A stretch of DNA of 64,000 bases, taken from the NCBI GenBank assembly GCA_964537725.1, contig CAZICD010000010.1:497-64496 (forward strand), in the 5' to 3' direction. A program made the position numbers and the translations under genes. Position 1 is the first letter of the stretch; the number at the start of each line of letters is the position of its first letter. This DNA comes from an uncultured Spirochaetaceae bacterium (GTDB taxonomy: Bacteria > Spirochaetota > Spirochaetia > DSM-27196 > SLST01). Below are positions 39,053 to 48,144 of this stretch, one piece after another. The notes below the pieces were generated by a model that was given only the letters and a program-made list of their open reading frames with translations, did no database searches and was not told where the DNA came from.

Positions 39053-39843
39053 GTCCCGACCTCCGACGCGCCCCGGAAGAACTCGAAGAGCCACTCGAAT
39101 CCGACCGAAATGAGCCGGTCGAACGTCTCCATGAGGAACGGCACCGTGATGAAGAGGATGATATAGGCGACGCCGATCGAGAGCGGGAAGCCGAGCATGA
39201 GGAGATTCATCTGCGGCGCGGCCTTCGCGAGCAGTCCCATCACGACCTGTACGAGAAACAACGTTCCGAGGATGGGGAACGAGATGATGAGCGCGTTCTG
39301 GAAGAGCGAACTGAGACCGGCGAGCACCGACGCGAGGATGTCCTCGCGCAGCAGCACGAGATCGACCGCGCGAACCGACTGGAACGAGTAGTAGACGCCG
39401 GTCAGGAAGATGCGCTGAAAGCCCTGCGTGAACACGAAGACGAACATCGCGATCAGGTTGAGGAACTGCCCCATGATGGGTATTTCGATCTGCGCGAGGG
39501 GGTCGAAGACCTGGCTCGCACCGAACCCCATCTGCAGGCTGAACATCTGCCCGGCGGTCTGGAACGCCGCGTACACGATCGAGAGCATGAAGCCCATGAT
39601 CACACCGATCATCGCCTCGCCGAAGGCGAGCATCGCGTACTCGATGCCGTTCTGCGGGATCGGATAGCCGGACGCCTCCACCATGGGAAAGACGAGCGCG
39701 CCGGCCATGAGCGCCAGCGCCACCTTGGCGAGCGACGGGATGGACCCCGAGCTCAGAAGCGGCGCGAACTGAAGCATCGCGAAGACCCTGACGAAGAGGA
39801 GGAAGAAAAGCTGTGCGTTGGCTACGAGCCCGTCGATCACCAT
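39049..39843 (-). CDS. fliR: flagellar type III export protein FliR
   Basis: 264 aa from MVIDGLVANAQLFFLLFVRVFAML. Multi-pass membrane protein positioned after fliQ. Confidence 0.9.
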   Translation of the reverse strand: MVIDGLVANAQLFFLLFVRVFAMLQFAPLLSSGSIPSLAKVALALMAGALVFPMVEASGYPIPQNGIEYAMLAFGEAMIGVIMGFMLSIVYAAFQTAGQMFSLQMGFGASQVFDPLAQIEIPIMGQFLNLIAMFVFVFTQGFQRIFLTGVYYSFQSVRAVDLVLLREDILASVLAGLSSLFQNALIISFPILGTLFLVQVVMGLLAKAAPQMNLLMLGFPLSIGVAYIILFITVPFLMETFDRLISVGFEWLFEFFRGASEVGT

Positions 39844-39845
39844 CG

Positions 39846-40115
39846 TCAGCCGACCATCCCGGGTATGGAGTCGAACACGTTCCGTGCGAACTGCACGAGG
39901 ACTCTGATCATCCAGGGCCCCATGACGAAGATCGAGATCAGAATCGCCGCGATCTTCGGGACGAAGGTGAGCGTTTGCTCCTGGATCGACGTCGTCGCCT
40001 GCACGATCGACACGATGAGGCCCACCACGAGGCCCGTGATCAGCGCCGGCGCGGCGACGATGAGGATGTAGAAGACGCCGCTGCGAATGAGCTGTACCGC
40101 GAATCCCAGATCCAT
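39846..40115 (-). CDS. fliQ: flagellar type III export protein FliQ
   Basis: 89 aa. MDLGFAVQLIRSGVFYILIVAAPALITGLVVGLIVSIVQATTSIQEQTL. Start shares 1 nt with the fliP stop. Confidence 0.9.
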   Translation of the reverse strand: MDLGFAVQLIRSGVFYILIVAAPALITGLVVGLIVSIVQATTSIQEQTLTFVPKIAAILISIFVMGPWMIRVLVQFARNVFDSIPGMVG

Positions 40116-40930
40116 CAGAAGCCTCCAAAGCTCGCGACGAGCTGTTGCGACAGCAACGTCCACCCGTCCACGAGCACGAACAGGATCAGCTTGAACGGCA
40201 GCGAGATCATGATCGGCGGCAGCATGATCATACCCATGGACATGAGCGTGGACGCGACGACCATGTCGATCACGATGAACGGTATGTAGAGGAGAATGCC
40301 GATCTTGAAGGCTACGGTGAGCTCGTGCAGGATGAACGCCGGGATGAGCGCGTGCGTGGGCACGTCCGCGAAGGTCGCCGGCGCCGGCATGTCGCCCATC
40401 CTCATGAAGAGTCGGATCGTGTCGGGGCTCGCCTCCATCTGCCGGTACATGAACAGGCGCATGGGGGCCTCGAACTCCCGATAAGCCTCCTCGATCCCTA
40501 TCTCGCCCTCGGCGAGCGGGACAAACGCATCCTCGTACACCGTGGTCAGCGTCGGCCACATGATGAAGACGGTCATGAACAGCGCGATCCCCATGAGCAC
40601 CTGCGACGGCGGCACCTGCTGGAGCGAGAGCGCCCGCTTGACGAAGTCGAAGACGATCGCGATCCGCAGGAAGCTCGTCATCAGAATGATGATCGACGGC
40701 GCGAGGCTGAGGACCGACAGCAGCAGCAGCAGCTGCAGCGAGAGCGCCACCTCCTGATTGCTCTCCGGCTCGCGAATCTCGAGGTTCACGAACGGGATCT
40801 GCAGAGCCTCCTCGCCTTCGGGAACGACATCGGCGGCGTTCCCGAGCTCCTGCGACGAAACCGACGGAACGACGGTGAGCGCGAGCAGCGCGATGACGAG
40901 TACGATGGTTGGTGTTCGTAGACGATTCAT
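40115..40930 (-). CDS. fliP: flagellar type III export protein FliP
   Basis: Signal peptide, then LSLAPSIIILMTSFLRIAIVFDFVKRALSLQQVPPSQVL and the remaining conserved FliP core. Confidence 0.92.
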   Translation of the reverse strand: MNRLRTPTIVLVIALLALTVVPSVSSQELGNAADVVPEGEEALQIPFVNLEIREPESNQEVALSLQLLLLLSVLSLAPSIIILMTSFLRIAIVFDFVKRALSLQQVPPSQVLMGIALFMTVFIMWPTLTTVYEDAFVPLAEGEIGIEEAYREFEAPMRLFMYRQMEASPDTIRLFMRMGDMPAPATFADVPTHALIPAFILHELTVAFKIGILLYIPFIVIDMVVASTLMSMGMIMLPPIMISLPFKLILFVLVDGWTLLSQQLVASFGGF

Positions 40931-40954
40931 TCCCCCCCCAGTTCCTGAATCCGC

Positions 40955-41620
40955 CTACTGCCTGAGGCGCTGCAGCCGTTCGCGTTGCTGCCGCATCAGG
41001 TCCAGGCTGTCGCCCTGTCCGCTCTTCACGAGCGAAGCGACGATGTCGCCGAAGCTGCGCCCCGGCGGCGACTCCTGCTCGGCCGCCGCGAGGATCATCG
41101 TGTCGACGGCCTCCCTGTCGGTGATCTCGCCGAGGAGCGTCACCGAGTCGCCGCCGGCGCCGACCATGAAGATCTGCGTACCAACCTGAACGAGGTAGAT
41201 CGCGCGGTTACCGGGAAGCGACTGCGACCCGACGACCTTGATCAGATCGCTGCTCGCGTACTTCCCGTTACCCGCGCGCTTGAGGAGGTAGAAGATGAGG
41301 TAGATAACGCCGACCACGCAGGCCAGCACGAGAATCATCCGTGCGAAATCCCAGAACCCGAACGCGGATACGCTCGCATTACCGCCGTCGGCTTCCTGGC
41401 TCGATTCGCCGAGCACGAGCGTGGATTCGTCCACGGCCGCGCCGGACGCCGCCGGTACCTCAGATTGAGACGAGTCCTCACCCGTCGCAGGCGATTCTCC
41501 TGTCTGTGCAAATGTCAGGAATGGAACGAGCAGTCCCATCCCCAGGATACAAGCAAGGCGTTTGATCTGTCCCCTCCCGTCAGTGGCAACGGGGTCTCCC
41601 AACCCCGTCGCCGGGATCAC
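40955..41620 (-). CDS. fliO: FliO/FliZ-type flagellar export component (putative)
   Basis: Lies between fliY and fliP. Central TM helix (MILVLACVVGVIYLIFYLL) followed by VVGSQSLPGNRAIYLVQVG, as in FliO. Start is uncertain: GTG 41620, or downstream near 41539. Confidence 0.6.
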   Translation of the reverse strand: MIPATGLGDPVATDGRGQIKRLACILGMGLLVPFLTFAQTGESPATGEDSSQSEVPAASGAAVDESTLVLGESSQEADGGNASVSAFGFWDFARMILVLACVVGVIYLIFYLLKRAGNGKYASSDLIKVVGSQSLPGNRAIYLVQVGTQIFMVGAGGDSVTLLGEITDREAVDTMILAAAEQESPPGRSFGDIVASLVKSGQGDSLDLMRQQRERLQRLRQ

Positions 41621-41676
41621 GCATCACGGTTCGGCACGGTTAACACCTCACCGCGGGGCGCGACCCCGCCTCTCGA

Positions 41677-42759
41677 TCACGGCATGCCGCTCATACGCTC
41701 CATTGGCGAGACGATTTCCGTCACCCGCACACCGAAGTTCTCGTCTATTACGACGACCTCGCCCTTGGCGATCAGCTTATGGTTCACGAGGATATCCACC
41801 GGCTCACCGGCGAGCTTGTCCAGCTCGATAATCGTTCCCTCGCCCATGCCGAGAATTTCCTTGATCAGTTTGCGGGTGCGTCCGAGCTCGACGGTCATCT
41901 CCATGTAGACGTCCATGAGAAGACCGATGTTGCCCTGCTCCTGGCCGCCGCCGGCCGGAGACAGGTTCGGGAACTGGACGCTCTGAACGCTCGGGTTTCC
42001 ACCGCCCATCTGCATTCCCATCATGCCGCCCATTCCGGCGTTGCCGCCACCGGCGTTCATACCGCCGCCAGCGGAGGCCATCTGCGGCTGAGCACCAGCC
42101 GCCTGCGCCGCGCCCGCAGCTCCGGACCCGAGCGCCGCCTGGACGACGTTCGCGTCGAAGATCTCGTGGACCTCGAACGGCGCGCCGTCGTCCACCGTGA
42201 CCGAATACGTCAGCTTGACGAACTGGCCACCGGGGAGCGAGAGCGACGAGGCGTCGCCGTGCTGTCCGGTGGGCGGATCGTTCATCACCGTCGTGCCGGC
42301 GTTGTCGCCGAGCGCGGTGATGACCGGACCCGCGATCTGGCTGAACGCCTCCTGGAGCGCGTTCACCGCCGCGTCGTCGAGCTCGACGCCTTCCTGGCCC
42401 ATCATGGGGCCGGCCACCTGGACCGCCGCATCTTCGGACATGACGTACGAGTGATGACCGGGCGTTCCCTCGGTCAGGTTGATCTCAACCTGTACCACGG
42501 AACCCTGGAGGCTCGGCGAGAATGTCTCCGCGTCGGTCAGCTCGACCGTGGGCGGCTCTATGGAGACCTCGTTGTTCACGAGCAACGAGAGGTTCGACTG
42601 CTGGCTGTCCACCGTGCCCTGCACGATCTGCTGGAACTGCTGGCGTTGCTGGTCGGTGAGCGCGGGCGTCTGCGGACCCGCGTCGAAGTCCATCCCGCCG
42701 GTTCCCTGCAGCAGAGCGTCTATTTCATCCTGGGAGAGCGATCCATCACTCATCGTCAT
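41677..42759 (-). CDS. fliY: flagellar C-ring protein FliY (CheC-like domains plus FliN/SpoA domain)
   Basis: 360 aa. N-terminal LSQDEIDALL. Gly/Met-rich linker. C-terminal SpoA domain VELGRTRKLIKEILGMGEGTIIELDKLAGEPVDILVNHKLIAKGEVVVIDENFGVRVTEI. Confidence 0.85.
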   Translation of the reverse strand: MTMSDGSLSQDEIDALLQGTGGMDFDAGPQTPALTDQQRQQFQQIVQGTVDSQQSNLSLLVNNEVSIEPPTVELTDAETFSPSLQGSVVQVEINLTEGTPGHHSYVMSEDAAVQVAGPMMGQEGVELDDAAVNALQEAFSQIAGPVITALGDNAGTTVMNDPPTGQHGDASSLSLPGGQFVKLTYSVTVDDGAPFEVHEIFDANVVQAALGSGAAGAAQAAGAQPQMASAGGGMNAGGGNAGMGGMMGMQMGGGNPSVQSVQFPNLSPAGGGQEQGNIGLLMDVYMEMTVELGRTRKLIKEILGMGEGTIIELDKLAGEPVDILVNHKLIAKGEVVVIDENFGVRVTEIVSPMERMSGMP

Positions 42760-43781
42760 TCTCCTTCTTCGGCCACGAGCTCTTCGAAGTCCTCGTGCTC
42801 GATCTCTTCGAGCTGTTTGATGATCTGGACGGCGAGCTTATTGCCGATCTGGCCCGGCCGGCAGAGGAACTTCCGCCGATTCCCGATATTCAGCGACATG
42901 GGGTCGTTGACCCGCACGTTCGGCAGTCGGATGACGTCGCCGGGCCGCAGGCTGAGCACATCACCCACGGTGAGGTCCATGCTACCGATCTCCGCGACGA
43001 CCGAAACGGCCACGGTGGCCAGCTTCTCGCGGAGCACGTTGAGATTTTCCGTCGTCGTGCCGCGCCGCACCGTCGAATACCAGTACTGCGCGCTGAGCTT
43101 TCCGATGATCGGCTCGATCGTGAGGTAGGGGATACAGAAGTTTATCATCCCCTCCACTTCGCCGACCTTGGTCTCCAGCGTCACGAGCACGACCATCTCG
43201 GTAGGCGGCACGATCTGGGCGAACTGCGGGTTCGTATCTATGTTGCCCAGCCGCGGTCGCAGGTCGATCACCTGGTTCCACGCCTCGCGCATGCTGCCGA
43301 GGATACGAACGATGATCCCTTCCATGACCGAGGTCTCGATGTCCGAGAGCTCGCGGGTTACCTTGCTGCCCTCGCCCTGGCCGCCGAAGAGGCGGTCGAT
43401 GATGCTGAAGGTGATCGCCGGGTCGATCTCGAGGATCGCCGAGCCCTTCAGCGGGTCCATGTTGATCACGGCGAGCGTCGTCGGGTTGGGGATGGAGCGG
43501 ATGAACTCTTCGTAGGTCAGCTGGTCGACCGAGGCGACGTGGAGCTGAACCAGACTACGCAGCTGCGCGCTGAGGCTCGTCGTCGTCAGACGCGCGAAGG
43601 TCTCGTGCATCATGTTGATGGTGCGCAGCTGTTCCTTGGAGAACTTGTCCGGCCGCTTGAAGTCGTAGATCTTGATCTTGCGCTGATCGGCCGGCTGAGG
43701 AATCTCTTCTGTGTCCATGTCTCCGGACGAAATGGCGGTCAGCAGCTGATCGATTTCGTCCTGAGATAGAACTTCCGTCAT
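42756..43781 (-). CDS. fliM: flagellar motor switch protein FliM
   Basis: MTEVLSQDEIDQLL CheY-P binding N-terminus, then IKIYDFKRPDKFSKEQLRT and a C-terminal SpoA-like domain. Confidence 0.92.
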   Translation of the reverse strand: MTEVLSQDEIDQLLTAISSGDMDTEEIPQPADQRKIKIYDFKRPDKFSKEQLRTINMMHETFARLTTTSLSAQLRSLVQLHVASVDQLTYEEFIRSIPNPTTLAVINMDPLKGSAILEIDPAITFSIIDRLFGGQGEGSKVTRELSDIETSVMEGIIVRILGSMREAWNQVIDLRPRLGNIDTNPQFAQIVPPTEMVVLVTLETKVGEVEGMINFCIPYLTIEPIIGKLSAQYWYSTVRRGTTTENLNVLREKLATVAVSVVAEIGSMDLTVGDVLSLRPGDVIRLPNVRVNDPMSLNIGNRRKFLCRPGQIGNKLAVQIIKQLEEIEHEDFEELVAEEGE

Positions 43782-43804
43782 TCTATCAGTTCCCCTCCGT
43801 CTCT

Positions 43805-43833
43805 ATAATCGCATGCATCAACAAGATATGCAA
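43805..43833 (-). promoter_or_regulatory. candidate internal promoter in the fliL-fliM spacer
   Basis: Minus strand reads TTGCAT (43833-43828), 17 nt, GATTAT (43810-43805). Lies in an AT-rich 78-nt gap. Confidence 0.25.
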
Positions 43834-43859
43834 TCCCCTCTCTACGATCGGCCCTCCAT

Positions 43860-44417
43860 CTAGAACGGCAGGAACTGGTAGCTACCGAAAACGATATCGC
43901 GAATCATGCCGTTTCGCAGGATGCGGTTCATCTGGTCCTGCAGCTCCTGCTCCACGCGCAGCTTGTTCTCCGGACCCTCGAGCTCGTCGGTGGTGCGGGA
44001 GCCGAAGTAATCGTTGAAGATGCCCACGAGCTGAATCCGGCGCTGAATCAGCTCGGTGGTCAGCTGTTCGTTCTCCCCGTCGTACCCGAGAAACGGTTCC
44101 ACGATGAACGTCGTCCTCACGTCGTCCGCCGTGCTGCCGCGCAGCTCGCCGATCTGCTCGAACCACGCGTAGATGGGCGCCTCCGCCCGGTACTCCTCGC
44201 TCGTGGGAACGCGCGTCTGCGAGACGTTGCCCTGATTCAAGAAATTGACCGTGACGACCACGACGGTCACGATGAAGATGACCGCGCCGAGGATGATCCC
44301 GACCCACTTGAGCACCTGGATGAGCACGCCGGGCAGGAATCCCACGCGCTTCTGGGTCGATTGCGTCTCTTCCGCCCCGACAACGTCTTCATCGGTGTCA
44401 AACATGTCATCAGCCAT
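43860..44417 (-). CDS. fliL: flagellar basal body-associated protein FliL
   Basis: 185 aa from MADDMFD with AAAGGAG SD. Single TM helix (WVGIILGAVIFIVTVVVVTV). Positioned after motB. Confidence 0.8.
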   Translation of the reverse strand: MADDMFDTDEDVVGAEETQSTQKRVGFLPGVLIQVLKWVGIILGAVIFIVTVVVVTVNFLNQGNVSQTRVPTSEEYRAEAPIYAWFEQIGELRGSTADDVRTTFIVEPFLGYDGENEQLTTELIQRRIQLVGIFNDYFGSRTTDELEGPENKLRVEQELQDQMNRILRNGMIRDIVFGSYQFLPF

Positions 44418-44434
44418 ACGCTCTCCTTTCGCAT

Positions 44435-44456
44435 CCGACGGCGTGCGGGCCGTCGG
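44435..44456 (-). other. intercistronic stem-loop between motB and fliL
   Basis: CCGACGGC / GCCGTCGG: 8-bp stem with a 6-nt loop, inside the 84-nt spacer. Confidence 0.4.
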
Positions 44457-44501
44457 GGAGCGCAGCCGAGGCAACGCTCATACCGCTTTCCGAAGGGCCC
44501 G

Positions 44502-45236
44502 TCACAGCGTTCCCTCCGTGAGGATAATCACATCCACGCGCCGGTTGTAGGCGCGTCCCTCGGCGGTCGTGTTCTCGACGAGCGGGGCGTACTCGCCCCG
44601 ACTCATGAGCTGGAACTGCTCCTCGTCCACGCCGTAGTCGACGAGGTACCGCAGGACCGACTGCGCACGCGCCGAAGCGAGGTCCCAGTTCGATTCGAAG
44701 TCGCTCGGCTGACCAACCGGTATGTTGTCGGTGTGCCCCTCCAACCGGAAGGTGCGGTCGCCGAACGCCTCGGCGTCGAGCAGTTGCGCGAGCTTGCGCA
44801 GCACCTCCCGGGTCTGTTCTATGTTCACCTCCGCGGAACCGCTCTCGAAGAACGCGTCCGCGGCGAGCGAGATCACGAGCCCCCGCTCGTCCTCGGTGAT
44901 CCGCACGAGGTTGCTGCGGATCTCCGGCTCGAAGATGCTCACCGCCTCGCGGCGCGCCTCGCTGAGCGCGCGCCCTCGTTCCATGGACGGGAGCGACATA
45001 ATCGTGTTGCCGAGCTCGGCGAGCGGTCCGGCTTCGAGCGTGTTTCCGCCGGTGTAGTTGCCCAGCCCCGGAAAAGCGGCGAGTATCAGCCGAAGCTGAT
45101 AGCCGTCGATCGTCGCGGTCGTGAAGAGAAGCACGAAGAAGGTGAGCAGGAGCGTGACCATGTCACCGTAGGTGAGCAGCCAGTCCGCGGCCCCTTCGGG
45201 TGGGCATTTCTTCTTTCGTTCTCCCGGTCCTGCCAA
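44502..45236 (-). CDS. motB: flagellar stator protein MotB
   Basis: WLLTYGDMVTLLLTFFVLLF with the conserved Asp. C-terminal OmpA-like domain (GHTDNIP...NRRVDV). Confidence 0.9.
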   Translation of the reverse strand: MAGPGERKKKCPPEGAADWLLTYGDMVTLLLTFFVLLFTTATIDGYQLRLILAAFPGLGNYTGGNTLEAGPLAELGNTIMSLPSMERGRALSEARREAVSIFEPEIRSNLVRITEDERGLVISLAADAFFESGSAEVNIEQTREVLRKLAQLLDAEAFGDRTFRLEGHTDNIPVGQPSDFESNWDLASARAQSVLRYLVDYGVDEEQFQLMSRGEYAPLVENTTAEGRAYNRRVDVIILTEGTL

Positions 45237-45257
45237 CGGTCCTCCTCCGGTCCCAGC

Positions 45258-46043
45258 CTAATCCCGGGCCGATTCCTGGCGCAAGACCTCGCGCTGCTGC
45301 GGCGGGAGGAAGCTGATCAGCTTCTCCAGGAGTATGCGCGGGTTGTCGCCGGACTGGATCGAGAGGATCCCCTCGATCACGATCTCCTTGACCCGTGTCT
45401 CCTCCTTATCCCGATCCTCGAGCTTGGTCTTCAGCGGGATGAGCACCAGGTTCGCAAAGAGCGAGCCGTAGAACGTGGTGATCAGCGCTACCGCCATACC
45501 GGCACCGATGACCGCGGCGTCGCCGCCCAGATTGACCAGCATCTGGATGAGGCCGATCAGCGTCCCGATCATCCCGAAGGCGGGCGCGATCTTGCCCCAG
45601 TCCTCGAAGATCCGGATCCCGCTCTCGTGCCGGCTCTGGATCTCGTTCAGGTCGTGGTACAGAATACTCTTGATGATGTCGGGGTCGGTCCCGTCGACGA
45701 CGAGCTGGATGCCCTTGCGCATGAACTCGTCTTCGACCTCGTCAAGGTTGTCCTCGAGCGCGAGCAATCCTTCGCGCCGCGCCCGCTCGCTGAAGGCGAC
45801 GAGATCGCTGATGATCTTCTCCTCCTGCCAGTCGGGCGATCGCAGCGCGATGCGGATGTACTTCACGATCCCGAGCATCCGGGCCAGCGGATTGGCGACG
45901 AGCATCGCGGCGAACGATCCGCCCACGACCACCAGAATCGACTGCAGGCTGATGTAGTTCCCGATGCCCGCACCGCCGGTGATGATCGTGAGGAGAACAA
46001 GAGCGAAACCGCTCGCTATGCCGATAATCGTTCCAAGATCCAC
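45258..46043 (-). CDS. motA: flagellar stator protein MotA
   Basis: 261 aa, four TM helices. APAFGMIGTLIGLIQML and TTFYGSLFANLVLIP segments. Confidence 0.9.
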   Translation of the reverse strand: MDLGTIIGIASGFALVLLTIITGGAGIGNYISLQSILVVVGGSFAAMLVANPLARMLGIVKYIRIALRSPDWQEEKIISDLVAFSERARREGLLALEDNLDEVEDEFMRKGIQLVVDGTDPDIIKSILYHDLNEIQSRHESGIRIFEDWGKIAPAFGMIGTLIGLIQMLVNLGGDAAVIGAGMAVALITTFYGSLFANLVLIPLKTKLEDRDKEETRVKEIVIEGILSIQSGDNPRILLEKLISFLPPQQREVLRQESARD

Positions 46044-46049
46044 TGACGA

Positions 46050-46247
46050 TTACCCCTCGTTCTTGAATGCCCCGATGAGGCGCCGGTAGTCGACGATCTC
46101 ATCAAAGACGGTCCGGTAGTCCTCCTGGACTACCAGACGCTTGCCACTGAGCATAATGAGCGTTGTATCGGGATTGGATTCGATGTACTCGATCTGATGC
46201 GGGTTCACATAGTACTCATGCCCATCAAGCCGGGTCACCTTTATCAT
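46050..46247 (-). CDS. flbD: flagellar protein FlbD
   Basis: 65 aa. MIKVTRLDGHEYYVNPHQIEYIESNPDTTLIMLSGKRLVV matches the FlbD family. Lies between flgE and motA. Confidence 0.85.
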   Translation of the reverse strand: MIKVTRLDGHEYYVNPHQIEYIESNPDTTLIMLSGKRLVVQEDYRTVFDEIVDYRRLIGAFKNEG

Positions 46248-46265
46248 TTACCCGAAATTACTCCA

Positions 46266-47672
46266 TTATCGCTTCAGTGTTAAGACTTCCTGCAACATCT
46301 GGTCGGACGTCTGGATTGTCCGCGAGTTGGCCTGGAAGCCCCGCTGTGTGACGATCATGTCGGTGAACTGCTCCGCGAGGTCTACGTTGCTCATCTCGAG
46401 CGTCCCGGCGATGATCTTGCCCTTACCCGCGGCTCCCGGAGGATCGACCAGCGGGTCCCCGGAGTTGATCGTCGTTACGTACGTGTTCTCTCCCGCCTTC
46501 TCCAGCCCGCCCGGGTTGACGAAGCTCGCGAGCGCGAGCTGCCCGAGCGCGCGATTCGTGCCGTTGGAGTAGATGCCGGTGACGACACCGCTCTGGTCGA
46601 TGCGGAAGTCCTCGAGGTAGCCCATCGCGTACCCGTCCTGCCGGACGAGCTTGTTCGTGCTCTCGCTGGTGAACTGCGTCGTCGACTCGTCCATCCCGCC
46701 GACCTGCCCGATGTCCATCGTGACGGTCTGCGTAACCGGAGGCTCAGCAAGGCCGGTGGTGGGGTCTACCGGGACCGAGGTGTCGGGGACGAGGAAGCTC
46801 ACGTCGATCGTCAGGTTCTCGTTTGCGTCGAGACCGCCGGCCGCGTTGGAGATCTGGCTCAGTCGCCCGAAATTGTCGAACTCGACGACGTAGGTGTTGT
46901 CCTCCGACTCGACCCCCCCGACCGAGACGGTCGGCGTGACCGGGCTCTCGGTGTCTTCGTTGATCGTTACCTCGGCCTGCCACTCGTTCGGCGAACCGTC
47001 AATCCGCGTGTAGTCGATGCGCATCTGGTGCGCTCCGCCGAACGCGTCGTAGATCTCTTTGGTCACGGTGTGGGTCCCGGCGGCTATCTCCTGCTCGCTC
47101 GCACCCGGGGGAATCACCGGTGTGCGCTTGTCCAGGTTGCTCGCGGCAAAGACGAAGGTCGTCTCGCGCGCCTCGTCCTTCTGGCCGATGGGGATCACCA
47201 GGTCCCCCGGCGTCGCCGAGGTGTTGATGAAGGTGTCCGCCCCCTCGGTCTGCGCGGTCCAGCCCTGGACGCGCATTCCGTTGGCCGGGTTCACGAGGGT
47301 CCCGTCTTCGTCGAGGCCGAAGGCGCCGGCGCGCGAGTAGAGATCGACATCCCCCTCGCGCATGACGAAGAACCCCTCGCCCTGGATCGCCACATCGGTC
47401 TTGACCCCGGTGGTCTGCAGCGACCCCTGGTTGAAGATCGTGTCGATGGAGGAGATCTGCATGCCCAGCCCGACCTGCCTCGGGTTGACGCCGCCAACGC
47501 GTTCGTTCGGACGGGAAGCACCCTGCAGGTTCTGGCTGATCATGTCGTGGAAGTTGACCCTGCCCTTCTTGAATCCCGTCGTGTTGACGTTCGAGATGTT
47601 GTTACCGATCACGTCCATCCGGATCTGGTGGTTCTGCAGGCCACTCACGCCCGCGTACAGACTTCGCATCAT
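46266..47672 (-). CDS. flgE: flagellar hook protein FlgE (cysteine-free)
   Basis: 468 aa. MMRSLYAGVSGLQNHQIRMDVIGNNISNVNTTGFK N-terminus. C-terminus MIVTQRGFQANSRTIQTSDQMLQEVLTLKR. Confidence 0.92.
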   Translation of the reverse strand: MMRSLYAGVSGLQNHQIRMDVIGNNISNVNTTGFKKGRVNFHDMISQNLQGASRPNERVGGVNPRQVGLGMQISSIDTIFNQGSLQTTGVKTDVAIQGEGFFVMREGDVDLYSRAGAFGLDEDGTLVNPANGMRVQGWTAQTEGADTFINTSATPGDLVIPIGQKDEARETTFVFAASNLDKRTPVIPPGASEQEIAAGTHTVTKEIYDAFGGAHQMRIDYTRIDGSPNEWQAEVTINEDTESPVTPTVSVGGVESEDNTYVVEFDNFGRLSQISNAAGGLDANENLTIDVSFLVPDTSVPVDPTTGLAEPPVTQTVTMDIGQVGGMDESTTQFTSESTNKLVRQDGYAMGYLEDFRIDQSGVVTGIYSNGTNRALGQLALASFVNPGGLEKAGENTYVTTINSGDPLVDPPGAAGKGKIIAGTLEMSNVDLAEQFTDMIVTQRGFQANSRTIQTSDQMLQEVLTLKR

Positions 47673-47687
47673 AGTGCTTGATCCCCC

Positions 47688-48134
47688 TTATTCCTGTTCC
47701 GCCCGGACTCGTTGCACAGCCGAGTAGTCGTAGTAACGCCCGTCGACGAGGACCTGCGGGTAGTCACCACCGGTGACCTCCTGCACGACGCCGCTGATTG
47801 TCGAAGCTCCCAGGTCAATGTCCACACTCTTGCCGAGGAGCGATACGGCCTGGCCCGACTGCAGCAACGCGCCGAGCTGCCGGAACTCGCCGGACATGTT
47901 CGTCATCTGTTCGAGCGTCGAGAACTGCGCCATCTGCGCGATGAACTCGCGGTCCTTCATGGGCTCGGTCGGATCCTGGTTCGTGAGCTGCGTGATGAGG
48001 ATCTGCAGGAACTCGTCCTTGCCCATCTCGTTCTTCGCGACGCGCGTGTTGTTCAGCTCGAGGTTGAAGTTCTCGTTCTGCGCACGCAGCCGTTCGACCT
48101 CAGCGTTGTTCATGTCCAGCGATATTCCGTCCAT
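47688..48134 (-). CDS. flgD: flagellar hook capping/assembly protein FlgD
   Basis: 148 aa. [22 protein letters not shown] and [12 protein letters not shown] motifs. Confidence 0.88.
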   Translation of the reverse strand: MDGISLDMNNAEVERLRAQNENFNLELNNTRVAKNEMGKDEFLQILITQLTNQDPTEPMKDREFIAQMAQFSTLEQMTNMSGEFRQLGALLQSGQAVSLLGKSVDIDLGASTISGVVQEVTGGDYPQVLVDGRYYDYSAVQRVRAEQE

Positions 48135-48144
48135 CTCCGCTCCT

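Noticed and set aside
43782-43859. Mini-ORFs in the fliL-fliM spacer (MEGRS*; TTG-initiated 15-codon ORF ending at the fliM SD) as leader peptides
   Set aside because: They lack a properly spaced SD. They are too short to evaluate from sequence alone, and such ORFs are expected by chance.
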